Part shown: one piece after another, positions 1-9,553 of the stretch | How positions within the stretch are numbered: the first letter of the stretch is position 1 | How the letters are laid out: every line of letters begins with the position of its first letter | Assembly (NCBI GenBank): GCA_003144275.1 | Contig: NJBF01000022.1 | Coordinates: 30,001-62,000 of the forward strand | Source of the DNA: Candidatus Heimdallarchaeota archaeon B3_Heim | GTDB taxonomy: Archaea; Asgardarchaeota; Heimdallarchaeia; Hodarchaeales; Hodarchaeaceae | Direction: 5' to 3' | Length of the DNA stretch: 32,000 bases | The notes under the pieces: model-generated | Databases searched by the model: none | The model's input: the letters and a program-made list of their open reading frames with translations, nothing else | What the model was told of the DNA's origin: nothing | Translations under genes and position numbers: made by a program

Positions 1-2
1 TT

Positions 3-497
3 TGTATTCTCAAAAGAACAGTAAATGACATCACATCATTTTCAGAAGAAGTTAAACTTTTTCCCAGAAATCAACTAGCTGAATTTTTAAAATCAATAGA
101 TATCTTAATCATAGCTGTTCCTGAAACCACAGAAACTACAAATCTTATTGGTCAGGAGGAATTAGACCTATTAACTCCGGATGGGATTATTGTTAATGTT
201 AGTAGAGGTTCTGTGGTGGATGAAAAAAGTCTCTTCAATGCTTTAAAACAGAATAAATTACTGGGAGCAGCAATAGATGTATGGTACGAGTATTCCCCAA
301 AAGAAAACAAGAATGGAGCTAAATTTCCATTTCATTATTCATTTAATTCTCTACCTAATATTATTCTTTCTCCTCATCGGGCGGCCTCCCCTTTTTCCGA
401 CTTGAAAAGGTGGAATGAGGTCATCGTGAATATTAAAAGATATCATCGCGGCACTAATGACTATTTGAATGTGGTAGAATTAGATAGAGAATATTGA
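3..497 (+). CDS. D-isomer-specific 2-hydroxyacid dehydrogenase, C-terminal part (5' end outside window)
   Basis: Frame is open from base 3 (CILKRTVND...IAVPETTETTNLIG...VNVSRGSVVDE...GAAIDVWY...SPHRAA), so the listed ORF at 213 is an internal start. Motifs VNxxRG, AxDV and SPH are typical of the family. Confidence 0.9.
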   Translation, partial: CILKRTVNDITSFSEEVKLFPRNQLAEFLKSIDILIIAVPETTETTNLIGQEELDLLTPDGIIVNVSRGSVVDEKSLFNALKQNKLLGAAIDVWYEYSPKENKNGAKFPFHYSFNSLPNIILSPHRAASPFSDLKRWNEVIVNIKRYHRGTNDYLNVVELDREY

Positions 498-523
498 TTT
501 TGAAATAGAAAATTCACTTATAT

Positions 524-1534
524 TTAACCTTTCCACTTATATTGGAGTGTGCGGTTATTAATGAAGTTGAGAACATCGGTAACTATCATGTTGGTTTGAT
601 GACGAATAACATCCTTTGTATTTCCCCCAAAATGAGGCATCACTGTTACGTTATCAAATTGCAAAAAGCGATTCTCTGAATCGACTGGTTCATCATCAAA
701 AACATCTAATCCTGCTCCTGCGATTCGTTTATTCTTTAATGCATCGTATAAAGCATCTTCATCAATACAGAAGGACCGAGCTAAGTTAAAAAAGTATGCT
801 GTGGGCTTCATAAGGTTGAACATCTTTTCATCAATCATTTCCTCCGTTTCTTCGACGGGAGGTGTATGAATTGTTATTAAATCTGATTCTTTCATAAGAA
901 TTTCTAATGTGACTTGTCTAGCTTTTGTTTCCAATACAACAGTATGATCGTTTGGAATATAAGGATCAAAGTATAACAAATTGGAACCAAACCCATGATA
1001 TAATCGTTTTGCAACTCTTTGACCAATTTGACCAAAGCCGATTATCCCAATTGTAAGACCTCCAACTTCCAAACCTATAAACCTATTGAAAAAATTGGCA
1101 AATCCGTCATCATCTAAATCAGAAACATCAAAATTTCCACTACGGAGAAATCTGTCGATTTCAGTCATTTTACGTACTTGTGAAAGCATCATGGCAACAG
1201 TTAAGTCAGCAACAGCATCTGCGTTCCGAAAAGGAGTATAGATTACGGGAATATTCTTTTTCTGTGCTTTAGCTAAATCCACATTGACTGGATTTCCGCG
1301 TGTTACTCCGATCAATTTTAATCCAGACTTCTCAATTACAGCTGTATCTACTTCGTCTCCTTCAGTAATAAAAATATCAATATTATTCGAGACTAGCTTT
1401 TCAATTAGCTCTTCCTCGTCTAAATAAATCGTTCCTGTTTCCCGCCAATTCTCATAAAGTATTTTTAGATCTCTAGATTCCCTTAAAACTTGTAATCCAG
1501 ATTCATCGAATGGAGCTGTGATCAATATTTTCAT
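524..1534 (-). CDS. D-isomer-specific 2-hydroxyacid dehydrogenase (phosphoglycerate dehydrogenase-like)
   Basis: Rossmann motif GIIGFGQIG; NLARS (Arg), GLDVFDDEP (Glu), MPHFGG (His); NADAVADLT; GGTGA SD at 1541-1545. Confidence 0.9.
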   Translation of the reverse strand: MKILITAPFDESGLQVLRESRDLKILYENWRETGTIYLDEEELIEKLVSNNIDIFITEGDEVDTAVIEKSGLKLIGVTRGNPVNVDLAKAQKKNIPVIYTPFRNADAVADLTVAMMLSQVRKMTEIDRFLRSGNFDVSDLDDDGFANFFNRFIGLEVGGLTIGIIGFGQIGQRVAKRLYHGFGSNLLYFDPYIPNDHTVVLETKARQVTLEILMKESDLITIHTPPVEETEEMIDEKMFNLMKPTAYFFNLARSFCIDEDALYDALKNKRIAGAGLDVFDDEPVDSENRFLQFDNVTVMPHFGGNTKDVIRHQTNMIVTDVLNFINNRTLQYKWKG

Positions 1535-1540
1535 AAAGTT

Positions 1541-1545
1541 TCACC
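1541..1545 (-). promoter_or_regulatory. Archaeal Shine-Dalgarno GGTGA (representative site)
   Basis: GGTGA lies 6-10 nt before starts at 1534, 3719, 4102, 12032 and 16073 (sites 1541-1545, 3727-3731, 4109-4113, 12020-12024, 16084-16088). Confidence 0.7.
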
Positions 1546-1569
1546 AGTATGATCATTTACCGAGAGTCA

Positions 1570-3081
1570 CTACTCATCCTCACGAGATCTCTGATAAAGT
1601 TCTTTCCATTCTGGGTACAGTGATTCATATTCATCAGATTGATCCTCTTGAGGATAATATATGGAGTAATCAGATATAACTTTTACTGCTTGGTTTAAAT
1701 TGTTGTATTTACCTGTTCCAATCATGCTAGCCAATGTTCCAGCAACAGAGGCTCCTTCTGGTAAATAGGTTTTAATTTCTGTGTTCATAATGTTGGCCAA
1801 AATTTGGATGAAAGCTTTCGATCTTGAAACACCACCAACAAGAAAGACAGAGTCAAACGAATAGCCAACTAATTCTTGAATTTGTTCACTATTTGCACGT
1901 GCAGCGTAACCAAGATTTTCAATTAAGGATCTAGAAAAAGAAGCGATATCTACAGGAGCATCGAATGAATAAGCTATTGGGGTAAAAGAAAATCCGCCTC
2001 CTATAGGTACGGAAAGCATGGATTGAGAAGAAAAAATCTGTGGGCCTAGATCTGCAGACACTCCTCGACTTCCAGGTGGTTGTGAAAGTACTAATACTTC
2101 AAACTTTTCATAAGGATTATCTACATTAAGGGGTGTAAGGACTGAATCAATAAACCATTTATGAACATCACCAGCTGATCCAGCGTTCGATTCGAGAACC
2201 CAAAGATTATTCACAAAGGCACCAGTCCAAATATTTTGGGTAGGATCAATAATAGGTCGATCGACTATTAATTGTAATGGCATAGTTGACCCTGCCACAA
2301 TTCCTAGAGTATTTGTATTAATTCCACCAGAACCAATAATTGAAGCTTGTGTATCAGCCGCACTCATAACAACTGGTGTATGTGAATTGAGATCGAGTTT
2401 TTCAGCGATATCAGGGAGAATTGGCCCAATTACTTGACCAAATTCATATTTATCAGGTAAGATTTCATGTGAAATATCAAATTCGGTTAGTATTTTGTCA
2501 GACCAATTACGTGTTTTAATATCGAAGAGGAGGGTTTCTGCTGCAGCCGTATCATCAATAGTATAATTTCCAGTTAGCCTGAAATTTACCCAGCCATCAA
2601 TAGAGAGGAGATGACGAATTTTGTCATAAATTTCCTCTTCATTTTCTTTAAACCACAATAACCGGGCAAGTGGAAATAAAAATGGGAGGCCATGACCAGT
2701 AATCTCATAGACTTCCTCGTTTGGCATGAACTCCTCTGTATCAACTTCAAGTCCACGAGCGTCACGATTGGGGCCAGCATACACTGATATTCCTTCATTA
2801 TTTAAGAAAACACACCCATGCCGTTGAGAAGTTGCTGTAACTGCTTTAATATCTCTAGAAGAAATTCGGGAAAAGAAAATTGCCTCTTTAGTAGTTTGGA
2901 GTAAAATATCCCAGAATTGTTCAGCTGTAAATTCACTTCCATATGGTTCCAAATCGGCTGGTATAAAGTAGTGTTGGCTCCAAGGCTTTTTTGAAAACCC
3001 CTTTACATATCCATGATCATCAAGAACTACAGCTTTTCCTCCACTTGTTCCTGCATCAAGAGAAAGGTAGTACTCTGGCAA
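1570..3081 (-). CDS. FGGY-family carbohydrate kinase, LsrK/xylulokinase-like
   Basis: LDAGTSGGKA, TSQRHG, NRDAR, ADTQA and LVGGVSRS motifs; TTG start. The LDAGT and NxDAR motifs resemble LsrK; substrate not assignable. Confidence 0.88.
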   Translation of the reverse strand: MPEYYLSLDAGTSGGKAVVLDDHGYVKGFSKKPWSQHYFIPADLEPYGSEFTAEQFWDILLQTTKEAIFFSRISSRDIKAVTATSQRHGCVFLNNEGISVYAGPNRDARGLEVDTEEFMPNEEVYEITGHGLPFLFPLARLLWFKENEEEIYDKIRHLLSIDGWVNFRLTGNYTIDDTAAAETLLFDIKTRNWSDKILTEFDISHEILPDKYEFGQVIGPILPDIAEKLDLNSHTPVVMSAADTQASIIGSGGINTNTLGIVAGSTMPLQLIVDRPIIDPTQNIWTGAFVNNLWVLESNAGSAGDVHKWFIDSVLTPLNVDNPYEKFEVLVLSQPPGSRGVSADLGPQIFSSQSMLSVPIGGGFSFTPIAYSFDAPVDIASFSRSLIENLGYAARANSEQIQELVGYSFDSVFLVGGVSRSKAFIQILANIMNTEIKTYLPEGASVAGTLASMIGTGKYNNLNQAVKVISDYSIYYPQEDQSDEYESLYPEWKELYQRSREDE

Positions 3082-3095
3082 TTTCTTATCACACT

Positions 3096-3719
3096 CTAAT
3101 CAAAACCTGGAAAAGGGCGGATTATTTCTCCAAATTTCTTAATATTTAGATAAAGTTGAAGGTATTCTTCTAATGCTCGTGTTTTTATAGCTGCATTCTG
3201 AAAAGAGTCTTCACTAACCGCAACAACACCGTGATTCTCCAGAATGAGAGTTTGGCTATCCCACAATAATTCGGCAACAGCTTCTCCTAATTCTGTTGAT
3301 CCGCTTTGTTGATACGGTACAATAATGATCTCGGGAACTAAAAAACCTAATTCAGCAGTAAGCGGTGGAATTTTGGGAGGTTCCGCTAAAATTGAAAATG
3401 CTGTAGCAAGCGGTGCGTGTGAATGGACTACGAATTGAAAATCTTCGTCTTCCTGATAAATACGAAGATGTATAGGCCATTCTACACTTGGAGATAGTTC
3501 ACTATCACTATCTACTTCTTCACCGTCCATAGTCATTTTGATTAGATGCTCAGGTTCAACCAGATCTTTCTTCATACCTGAAGGAGTAATCCAAAAATAC
3601 TTTTTAGGATCTTCGATAGATCGAAAACTAAGATTTCCTCCGATATCAGTCAGTATTTTCTCTAGGTACAGTTCTTTCATGGTATGACATAAAGACACTT
3701 TTCTTTTGTGATCGGTCAC
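3096..3719 (-). CDS. Class II aldolase/adducin family protein (FucA-like)
   Basis: GGNLS, ITPSG, PSVEWPIH, VVHSH and NHGVV give the Zn-binding E/H/H/H set; GTG start with GGTGA SD at 3727-3731. Confidence 0.9.
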   Translation of the reverse strand: MTDHKRKVSLCHTMKELYLEKILTDIGGNLSFRSIEDPKKYFWITPSGMKKDLVEPEHLIKMTMDGEEVDSDSELSPSVEWPIHLRIYQEDEDFQFVVHSHAPLATAFSILAEPPKIPPLTAELGFLVPEIIIVPYQQSGSTELGEAVAELLWDSQTLILENHGVVAVSEDSFQNAAIKTRALEEYLQLYLNIKKFGEIIRPFPGFD

Positions 3720-3766
3720 TAGTAATTCACCAGTTAAACAGATTACCTATTGGGAAGAATAAAAAG

Positions 3767-4102
3767 TTATTTCATTAGCTTTTGTAGCTTTAAAAGGTCA
3801 GGCATTCTTCCTTTCACTTTTAGTTTCTTGGAAGTATATGCTTTCATACCTCCAATCTCACCTTTCATGATCCCAACCCAGGTTTCTGAATCTGTTATTA
3901 TCTTGATATCCGCTTTTTCTGGATCACCTTCAATAAGCTCATTAGGATTTCCAGCTTCTATATTAAAGTAAAATGTTTTATCTAAATCCGTTAAATTAAA
4001 AGCCATTGTTTTATTCCATTTTCTATAAGTTTTCTTGGCTTTTTCTGTCAGAAAATTCTCCCTTAGTTTGTTGATCATCGCAACATATTCTTCTTCAACC
4101 AT
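3767..4102 (-). CDS. SCP2 sterol/lipid-binding domain protein
   Basis: 111 aa with ADIKIITDSETWVGIMKGEIGGMKAYTSKKLKVKG...LLKL, a typical SCP2 C-terminal half; GGTGA SD at 4109-4113. Confidence 0.85.
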   Translation of the reverse strand: MVEEEYVAMINKLRENFLTEKAKKTYRKWNKTMAFNLTDLDKTFYFNIEAGNPNELIEGDPEKADIKIITDSETWVGIMKGEIGGMKAYTSKKLKVKGRMPDLLKLQKLMK

Positions 4103-4269
4103 AGTTGTTCACCGTCATTTTGTAAAATAAATCTCCGATATGAATCTAGGAAGTAAATCGAAGAAGAAATTGATGATTACAAAAGCATTCTGTAATTGGC
4201 TTGTATTGAAGGATAAAACTAGAGGAAAATTCAAATCAGAATAGGTTTTCTAAAAGGAATTTCAGTGAT

Positions 4270-6204
4270 TTAGATAAATTCGTCTAATCCAAGTGCCCTT
4301 AAACGTTTTTCATTTGGCATGGTTGTAGTGGTATCCCAATTTAACGAATCGAGAAAATCCATAATTAATCCTTTTTCCTTACTAGCAGAAATTGCCTTAT
4401 TTGGCCCTCGTTCTGCTTTTTCTAAGACTCTTTCAGGTAGTTTATAATCAAGAGGATTTTTCTCTTCCCTTAAATTAAATATATGTTTTAGAGTTAAAAT
4501 CCTCTCTCCAATAGTCACAAAATCTTCAATTGAGAGGTCGGACCCAATAACTAAATTTACGAATTCAAGTACAGGAAAATTTCCTGTTAATAAACTGAAT
4601 TGACACAGCCCTAGCGAAGATACAGTTTTATGATAACAATAGAAATTGAAAAAACGATCGTTTTTAGGGATCTCTGGAAACATTTGACCAAATTTAGCGA
4701 GCTCAATCATTAGTTCCGAGAACGGAGTATGTCTACCAGGTGCTGGATCCAATCTGTATGGTAAAATCATACTATTGGAGAATCTAGGGTCGTGCGCGGG
4801 TAAAGCTTGGTTTTGGATATGCATTCCACTATTCGTATTATATAGTTCTGATGCACGAGTAAAACCATCTGCAAGTATATCTCCTATCCCTTTTCTCGTC
4901 GTAATCAATTTTAACAAAGATAAATAATCTTTAGGATCACCCCAAGTCGGATTTAAACCGTTCATTTCATTTTTTGGAATTTTTCCGCTTTCTGATGCTT
5001 CTATTACAAAAGCTAGGATAGCACCAGCTGCTATCGTATCCAAACCTTGACGATTGCAATAATCATTTAATTGATATATTGCTCCAATGTCATCATTCAA
5101 TAAATTTGCCCCTAGCATGATTAAAGTCTCATACTCAGGTTTATGAGTTTCTTCAAGAGTGAATTGCTCATTTGAGTATTTCATTATTCCTCCGCATGCC
5201 AGAGGACAGCTGTGACAACTATAATTCTTTTCTTGAAATTTAGTAACATTATCCCCAGTAATTCTAGAGCTTTTTTTCAGGGGGAAATCAATGTATGATC
5301 CTTTCCAGTTTTTAATGGGAGCATCACCTGTTTCTACAAGAATCGTACTTCCAGCACAGGTTCCCCAACGTCGATAGCTTTCAATAATCATATTACTGGG
5401 ACTCATTGAGCCAAAATTTTTTATCCGAAAACGACGAATCCATGGGGCAAACGTTGTCGATGCTTTCAGTCCAGGTTTCATAAGTGGACTAATACCTTTA
5501 TTGATCCGCTTATTAACCAATTTTCGTAATTCATTAAGGCCGGAAGGATCCGCTGAATTTATCAATTTAGTTCCCCTTACTACGACTGCTTTCAAATTTT
5601 TCGATCCCATAACAGCCCCTACTCCACTCCGAGCAGCAATTCGACCTTTATCTGTAACAATTCCAGAAAATAATACTAAATTTTCTCCTGCTAACCCAAT
5701 ACTAGCAATTTGCGCTTTTTTACCATATTCTTCCTTTAATTTGTCTTCTGTATGAACACAATCTAGCCCCTTCAACTGATCGGCAATTATGATTTCAATT
5801 CTATCATCAGTCACTACAATGATTGATAATTGTTCTGCTTTTCCTGTTATGATGAGCGAATCATACCCTGTTTTTCGTAATTCTGGTCCAAAACGGCCTC
5901 CTGAATTTGCTTCACCCCAACCGCCTGTGAGAGGTGATTTACAAACAACTGTATACCTACCAGAAAATGGAACCTTTGTTGCACTCAAAATACCAGTAAT
6001 AAAGCAGATATAATTATCAGGAGATAGGGGGTCGATATTAACAAGCATATTTTTCAGAAGATACTCAATTACGGGCCCTTCCCCCCCCAAAAATTTCTTA
6101 AATTTTTCATCGTTGAAAGGAATTTCTTCAGAATTAATTTTACCTGATGAAAGATTGATTATTCCCATTTTCATCTGATTTATGAAAGCCATAATCCAAA
6201 ACAA
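4270..6204 (-). CDS. aor: Aldehyde:ferredoxin oxidoreductase family (tungstopterin, 4Fe-4S)
   Basis: KSPLTGGWGEANSGG, GRIAARSGVGAVMGSKNLKAV, CHSCPLACG, KPEYET, GLDTI and PAHDPR motifs. True start may be the ATG at 6192. Confidence 0.92.
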   Translation of the reverse strand: MFWIMAFINQMKMGIINLSSGKINSEEIPFNDEKFKKFLGGEGPVIEYLLKNMLVNIDPLSPDNYICFITGILSATKVPFSGRYTVVCKSPLTGGWGEANSGGRFGPELRKTGYDSLIITGKAEQLSIIVVTDDRIEIIIADQLKGLDCVHTEDKLKEEYGKKAQIASIGLAGENLVLFSGIVTDKGRIAARSGVGAVMGSKNLKAVVVRGTKLINSADPSGLNELRKLVNKRINKGISPLMKPGLKASTTFAPWIRRFRIKNFGSMSPSNMIIESYRRWGTCAGSTILVETGDAPIKNWKGSYIDFPLKKSSRITGDNVTKFQEKNYSCHSCPLACGGIMKYSNEQFTLEETHKPEYETLIMLGANLLNDDIGAIYQLNDYCNRQGLDTIAAGAILAFVIEASESGKIPKNEMNGLNPTWGDPKDYLSLLKLITTRKGIGDILADGFTRASELYNTNSGMHIQNQALPAHDPRFSNSMILPYRLDPAPGRHTPFSELMIELAKFGQMFPEIPKNDRFFNFYCYHKTVSSLGLCQFSLLTGNFPVLEFVNLVIGSDLSIEDFVTIGERILTLKHIFNLREEKNPLDYKLPERVLEKAERGPNKAISASKEKGLIMDFLDSLNWDTTTTMPNEKRLRALGLDEFI

Positions 6205-6282
6205 CCCAAGTGAAAAGCTAGTAATTATTTTAAGAGAAGCATTTTCTTGAATTTTTTATCTTTCCTACGAATGAAGGGATTT

Positions 6283-6301
6283 ATGAGTATTATAATCTCA
6301 T
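6283..6301. promoter_or_regulatory. Near-perfect palindrome with TTATAA core in the divergent aor / Mo-hydroxylase intergenic region
   Basis: ATGAG-T-ATTATAAT-CTCAT; removing one T gives the perfect 18-bp palindrome ATGAGATTATAATCTCAT. Confidence 0.4.
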
Positions 6302-6355
6302 GAACTTGAAGAAACAAGATTTTTTACACAAGAATGCATCGATTTTTTTTGGTAA

Positions 6356-8689
6356 TTGAAGTTGTTTAATAAAGTAGTGGGAACTAGTATTCCGCGAGCA
6401 GATGCTCATGAAAAAGTTACCGGCACAGCTCTCTATATTGATGATTTACGTTTTCCTAGAACTTTAAAAATGAAAGTATTGAGGGCTGGTGTTCCTCATG
6501 CTATTATTAATTCAATTGAAATAAGTAAAGCCATAGATATGCCAGGAGTACATAAAGTATTCACTGGAAAATCTTTAAACTTAGATAAAAATCATTTGTT
6601 CGGAACCTGTATCTTTGATCAAGCACCATTAGCTATCGATAAGGTAAGGCATGCAGGTGAAATAGTAGCCGTCGTCATTGCAGAAACAGAAAAGCAAGCA
6701 TTAGCTGCTATTAAAAATATTGATGTAGACTTTAAAGAATTACCCTTTATTTTAGATCCAATAGAGGCCGTTGGTAAAGAAGCGCCCCTAATTCATGAAC
6801 AGAATGGTAAATATCATCATGTCCCTACATTTGTCCCAGAACCTCAGACAAATATATTTTACAAGTACCATCTCAAGAAAGGCGATTATGAGCATGTTTT
6901 CCAAGATGCAGAAATTACAGTAGAGGATAATTTTGAATACCCGCTAATGAACCACGCGGCTATTGAACCTCACGGTGCCATTGCACAATGGGATCATACA
7001 GGAGAACTACATCTATGGAGTAGTTCTCAAGCCCCGTTTGTACTCCGTGAGGTACTTGCTGATTACTTTAAAATAAAACAAATGATCAAGATACACATTC
7101 ATATTCCATACTTAGGCGGAGGTTTTGGAGGAAAAAGCGATTACACCATTGAACCTCTTGTTGCTTTAGCAGCACAATTAGTTCCAGGTTATCATGTTAA
7201 ATTCGTGCTTACTCGAAAAGAAGTCTTCATTGGATCAGTTTTGGGTCGAGGAATGAAAGGTCACATGAAACTAGGTGCAAAAAAGGATGGCACACTCGTT
7301 GGTATAGAAGCTACTCAATATTTTTCAGATGGAGCATATGGAGATACAGGGTGTAATGTAGTACTAGCTGCGGGTCATAACTGTGTGGGGCCATATTTTT
7401 TCCCTAAATGTAATCTCAAGTCTTTTGGTGTTTATACTAATTCTGCACCCGTAGGAGCTTTCCGTGGATACGGACATCCCGAAGGTCAATTTATGATTGA
7501 ACGATTATTGGAAAAGCTTGCCTTAAAGTTAGGAATGGAGTATGATGATTTAAGAATGAAAAACTTTCTACGTCCTGCCGATACGAATTCTCTTGGACAG
7601 ATCATCAATGAACATAACGGAGACATTAGAAAATGTTTTACTCAAACAATAACAAAACTTAATGAAATACCCCTCCCTCCTGAAGATGAAAGTTTTTTCT
7701 ATGGGCGTGCTGCTGTTGGACTTATTAAATCTCCAGTTCAAACCGCTAATGCCTCCTCGAATGTTTTTCTAAAATTCAATGAAGATCTTACTGTGAATAT
7801 TTCGACTGGTGGAGTTGAACTAGGACAGGGCAGTTTAACTGTACTTGCCCAAATTGCGGCTCAAACATTACACATTCCAGTAAGTAATATTAGAATCAAT
7901 TATGAGATAAATACGCAGTTAACTCCTTATGAATGGCAAACAGTAGCAAGTATGACCACAATGCGTGTTGGAAATGCAATAATATCTGCGTGTGAAAAAT
8001 CTATCACACAATTTAAGCAAAATGCGGCCCTAGTATGGGATTATGCTCTCAATGACATAGTATATGATGGCACCAAGGTAAGCTATCAGGATAGATTTCT
8101 AGATCTTAAAGAATTAGTGCTTGGCTATCAATACTCTGATGGACATACAGTAGGTAATCCTATCTTGACTACTGGTTCATCAGTTGTTCGCAATGTTACA
8201 TTTCCAGACTTAGAGACTGGACAATATCAGCCCTATGAGTGGACGTTCGGAAGTCAAGGTGTTGATCTAAAAATCAATAAGAAAACAGGAGAAATTACCA
8301 TTCTACATTTCGTGACGGCCCTTGATGCGGGAAAAGTTATTAATCCTGCTTTAGCACGCGGACAAGTCACCGGTGGAGTGATGCAAGGTATAGGCCAAGC
8401 GTTAAAAGAAAAAATTGTTTATGATGAATCAGGCAATATGACAACAACCAATCTACGGAGATATGCGATTCCTCGACTGTCTGACATGCCAGAGAAATTT
8501 AGTTGTATCTTTATTGAAACCCCCCAACCAGATGGGCCCTTTGGCGCACGTCCTATTGCAGAACATCCTGCGTTAGGCCCTCCCTCTGTCATTTTGAATG
8601 CAATACAGAGGGTTACTGGTATTTCCTTTACCAGTATTCCCGTAACTAAAGAACGGATGCTAAATGCATTGAAAGCAGGAGAAAAATAA
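6356..8689 (+). CDS. Xanthine dehydrogenase/aldehyde oxidase family molybdopterin-binding large subunit
   Basis: IPRADAHEKVTG, SSQAP, GGGFGGK, AFRGYG, ELGQG, GGVMQGIG and GPFGARPIAE (catalytic Glu position); TTG start. Confidence 0.93.
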   Translation: MKLFNKVVGTSIPRADAHEKVTGTALYIDDLRFPRTLKMKVLRAGVPHAIINSIEISKAIDMPGVHKVFTGKSLNLDKNHLFGTCIFDQAPLAIDKVRHAGEIVAVVIAETEKQALAAIKNIDVDFKELPFILDPIEAVGKEAPLIHEQNGKYHHVPTFVPEPQTNIFYKYHLKKGDYEHVFQDAEITVEDNFEYPLMNHAAIEPHGAIAQWDHTGELHLWSSSQAPFVLREVLADYFKIKQMIKIHIHIPYLGGGFGGKSDYTIEPLVALAAQLVPGYHVKFVLTRKEVFIGSVLGRGMKGHMKLGAKKDGTLVGIEATQYFSDGAYGDTGCNVVLAAGHNCVGPYFFPKCNLKSFGVYTNSAPVGAFRGYGHPEGQFMIERLLEKLALKLGMEYDDLRMKNFLRPADTNSLGQIINEHNGDIRKCFTQTITKLNEIPLPPEDESFFYGRAAVGLIKSPVQTANASSNVFLKFNEDLTVNISTGGVELGQGSLTVLAQIAAQTLHIPVSNIRINYEINTQLTPYEWQTVASMTTMRVGNAIISACEKSITQFKQNAALVWDYALNDIVYDGTKVSYQDRFLDLKELVLGYQYSDGHTVGNPILTTGSSVVRNVTFPDLETGQYQPYEWTFGSQGVDLKINKKTGEITILHFVTALDAGKVINPALARGQVTGGVMQGIGQALKEKIVYDESGNMTTTNLRRYAIPRLSDMPEKFSCIFIETPQPDGPFGARPIAEHPALGPPSVILNAIQRVTGISFTSIPVTKERMLNALKAGEK

Positions 8690-8690
8690 C

Positions 8691-9158
8691 ATGGAATTGA
8701 CGATAATAATAAACAAGAAAGACTATGCCTTCTCTGTTGATCCGTCTGACTCCTTGCTTAGTATTCTTCGTGAGCATCTCTCTTTGACAGGAACCAAAAA
8801 TGGTTGCAGTCAAGGCCACTGTGGGGCGTGCACAGTTGTTGTTAATGGAAAAGCCGTTAAAAGCTGTATTACTAAAGCCAAAAAATTAGAAAATGCCGAA
8901 GTTCTCACGATTGAGGGCGTATCGAGTAATTTTATTCTTCATGCAATTCAAGAGGCATTTATTGAAGCTACTGCTGTCCAATGTGGATTCTGTACCCCTG
9001 GGTATATTATGGAGTTATATGCTTTATTACAAGCTGACCCTGATGCGGAAAAAGAGGAGATTCATAAAGCTCTCGAAAAACATCTTTGTCGTTGCACAGG
9101 TTATCAGCCTATTATTGACGCAGCTTTACTTGCTCAAGAAAAGATTAAGAATTCATAG
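8691..9158 (+). CDS. (2Fe-2S)-binding small subunit of xanthine dehydrogenase family (CoxS/CutS-like)
   Basis: GTKNGCSQGHCGACTV, QCGFCTPG and LCRCTGY; starts 1 nt after the large-subunit stop. Confidence 0.93.
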   Translation: MELTIIINKKDYAFSVDPSDSLLSILREHLSLTGTKNGCSQGHCGACTVVVNGKAVKSCITKAKKLENAEVLTIEGVSSNFILHAIQEAFIEATAVQCGFCTPGYIMELYALLQADPDAEKEEIHKALEKHLCRCTGYQPIIDAALLAQEKIKNS

Positions 9159-9163
9159 GGTTC

Positions 9164-9553
9164 TTACTTAATTCTTGGTTCTCCTACAAATTGAATCTTA
9201 TTACCCTCAGAATCAACTGTATTGAAGTAAGATACCAATTCTGGTATGTCAATGATATCATCTGATTGAACTTTTTTTTCCTCTAACAGTTTTTTAGCCT
9301 CATCCAGATCAGTTACATCGAAAGTTAGGACACCTGATCCCGGAACCAGACTAGCTGCTTCTGGGAGAAGATTTAATCCTAATTTTGTACCTTTTACTGG
9401 TAGATTAAGTTCACACCAGCCTACTTCACTACCACCATCCCAAACCACTTCAAATCCAAATGTTTCGACATAAAATTTCTTTGCGCGTTCAATATCTTTC
9501 ACACTATATTGAAAATAAAGTGAATCTGATTTAAATGGAAATTTTGAGCTCAT
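9164..9553 (-). CDS. VOC (glyoxalase/bleomycin resistance) family protein
   Basis: VKDIERAKKFYVETFGF...TFDVTDLDE...DSEGNKIQF pattern. Confidence 0.85.
   Translation of the reverse strand: MSSKFPFKSDSLYFQYSVKDIERAKKFYVETFGFEVVWDGGSEVGWCELNLPVKGTKLGLNLLPEAASLVPGSGVLTFDVTDLDEAKKLLEEKKVQSDDIIDIPELVSYFNTVDSEGNKIQFVGEPRIK

Noticed and set aside
1570-3081. Assigning lsrK and an AI-2 quorum-sensing system
   Set aside because: The similarity is family-level only; no lsrACDB, lsrR, lsrF or lsrG is present.
6356-8689. Aerobic CO dehydrogenase (CoxL) call
   Set aside because: The active-site loop reads AFRGYG, not the form I AYxCSFR motif, and no CoxM is present.
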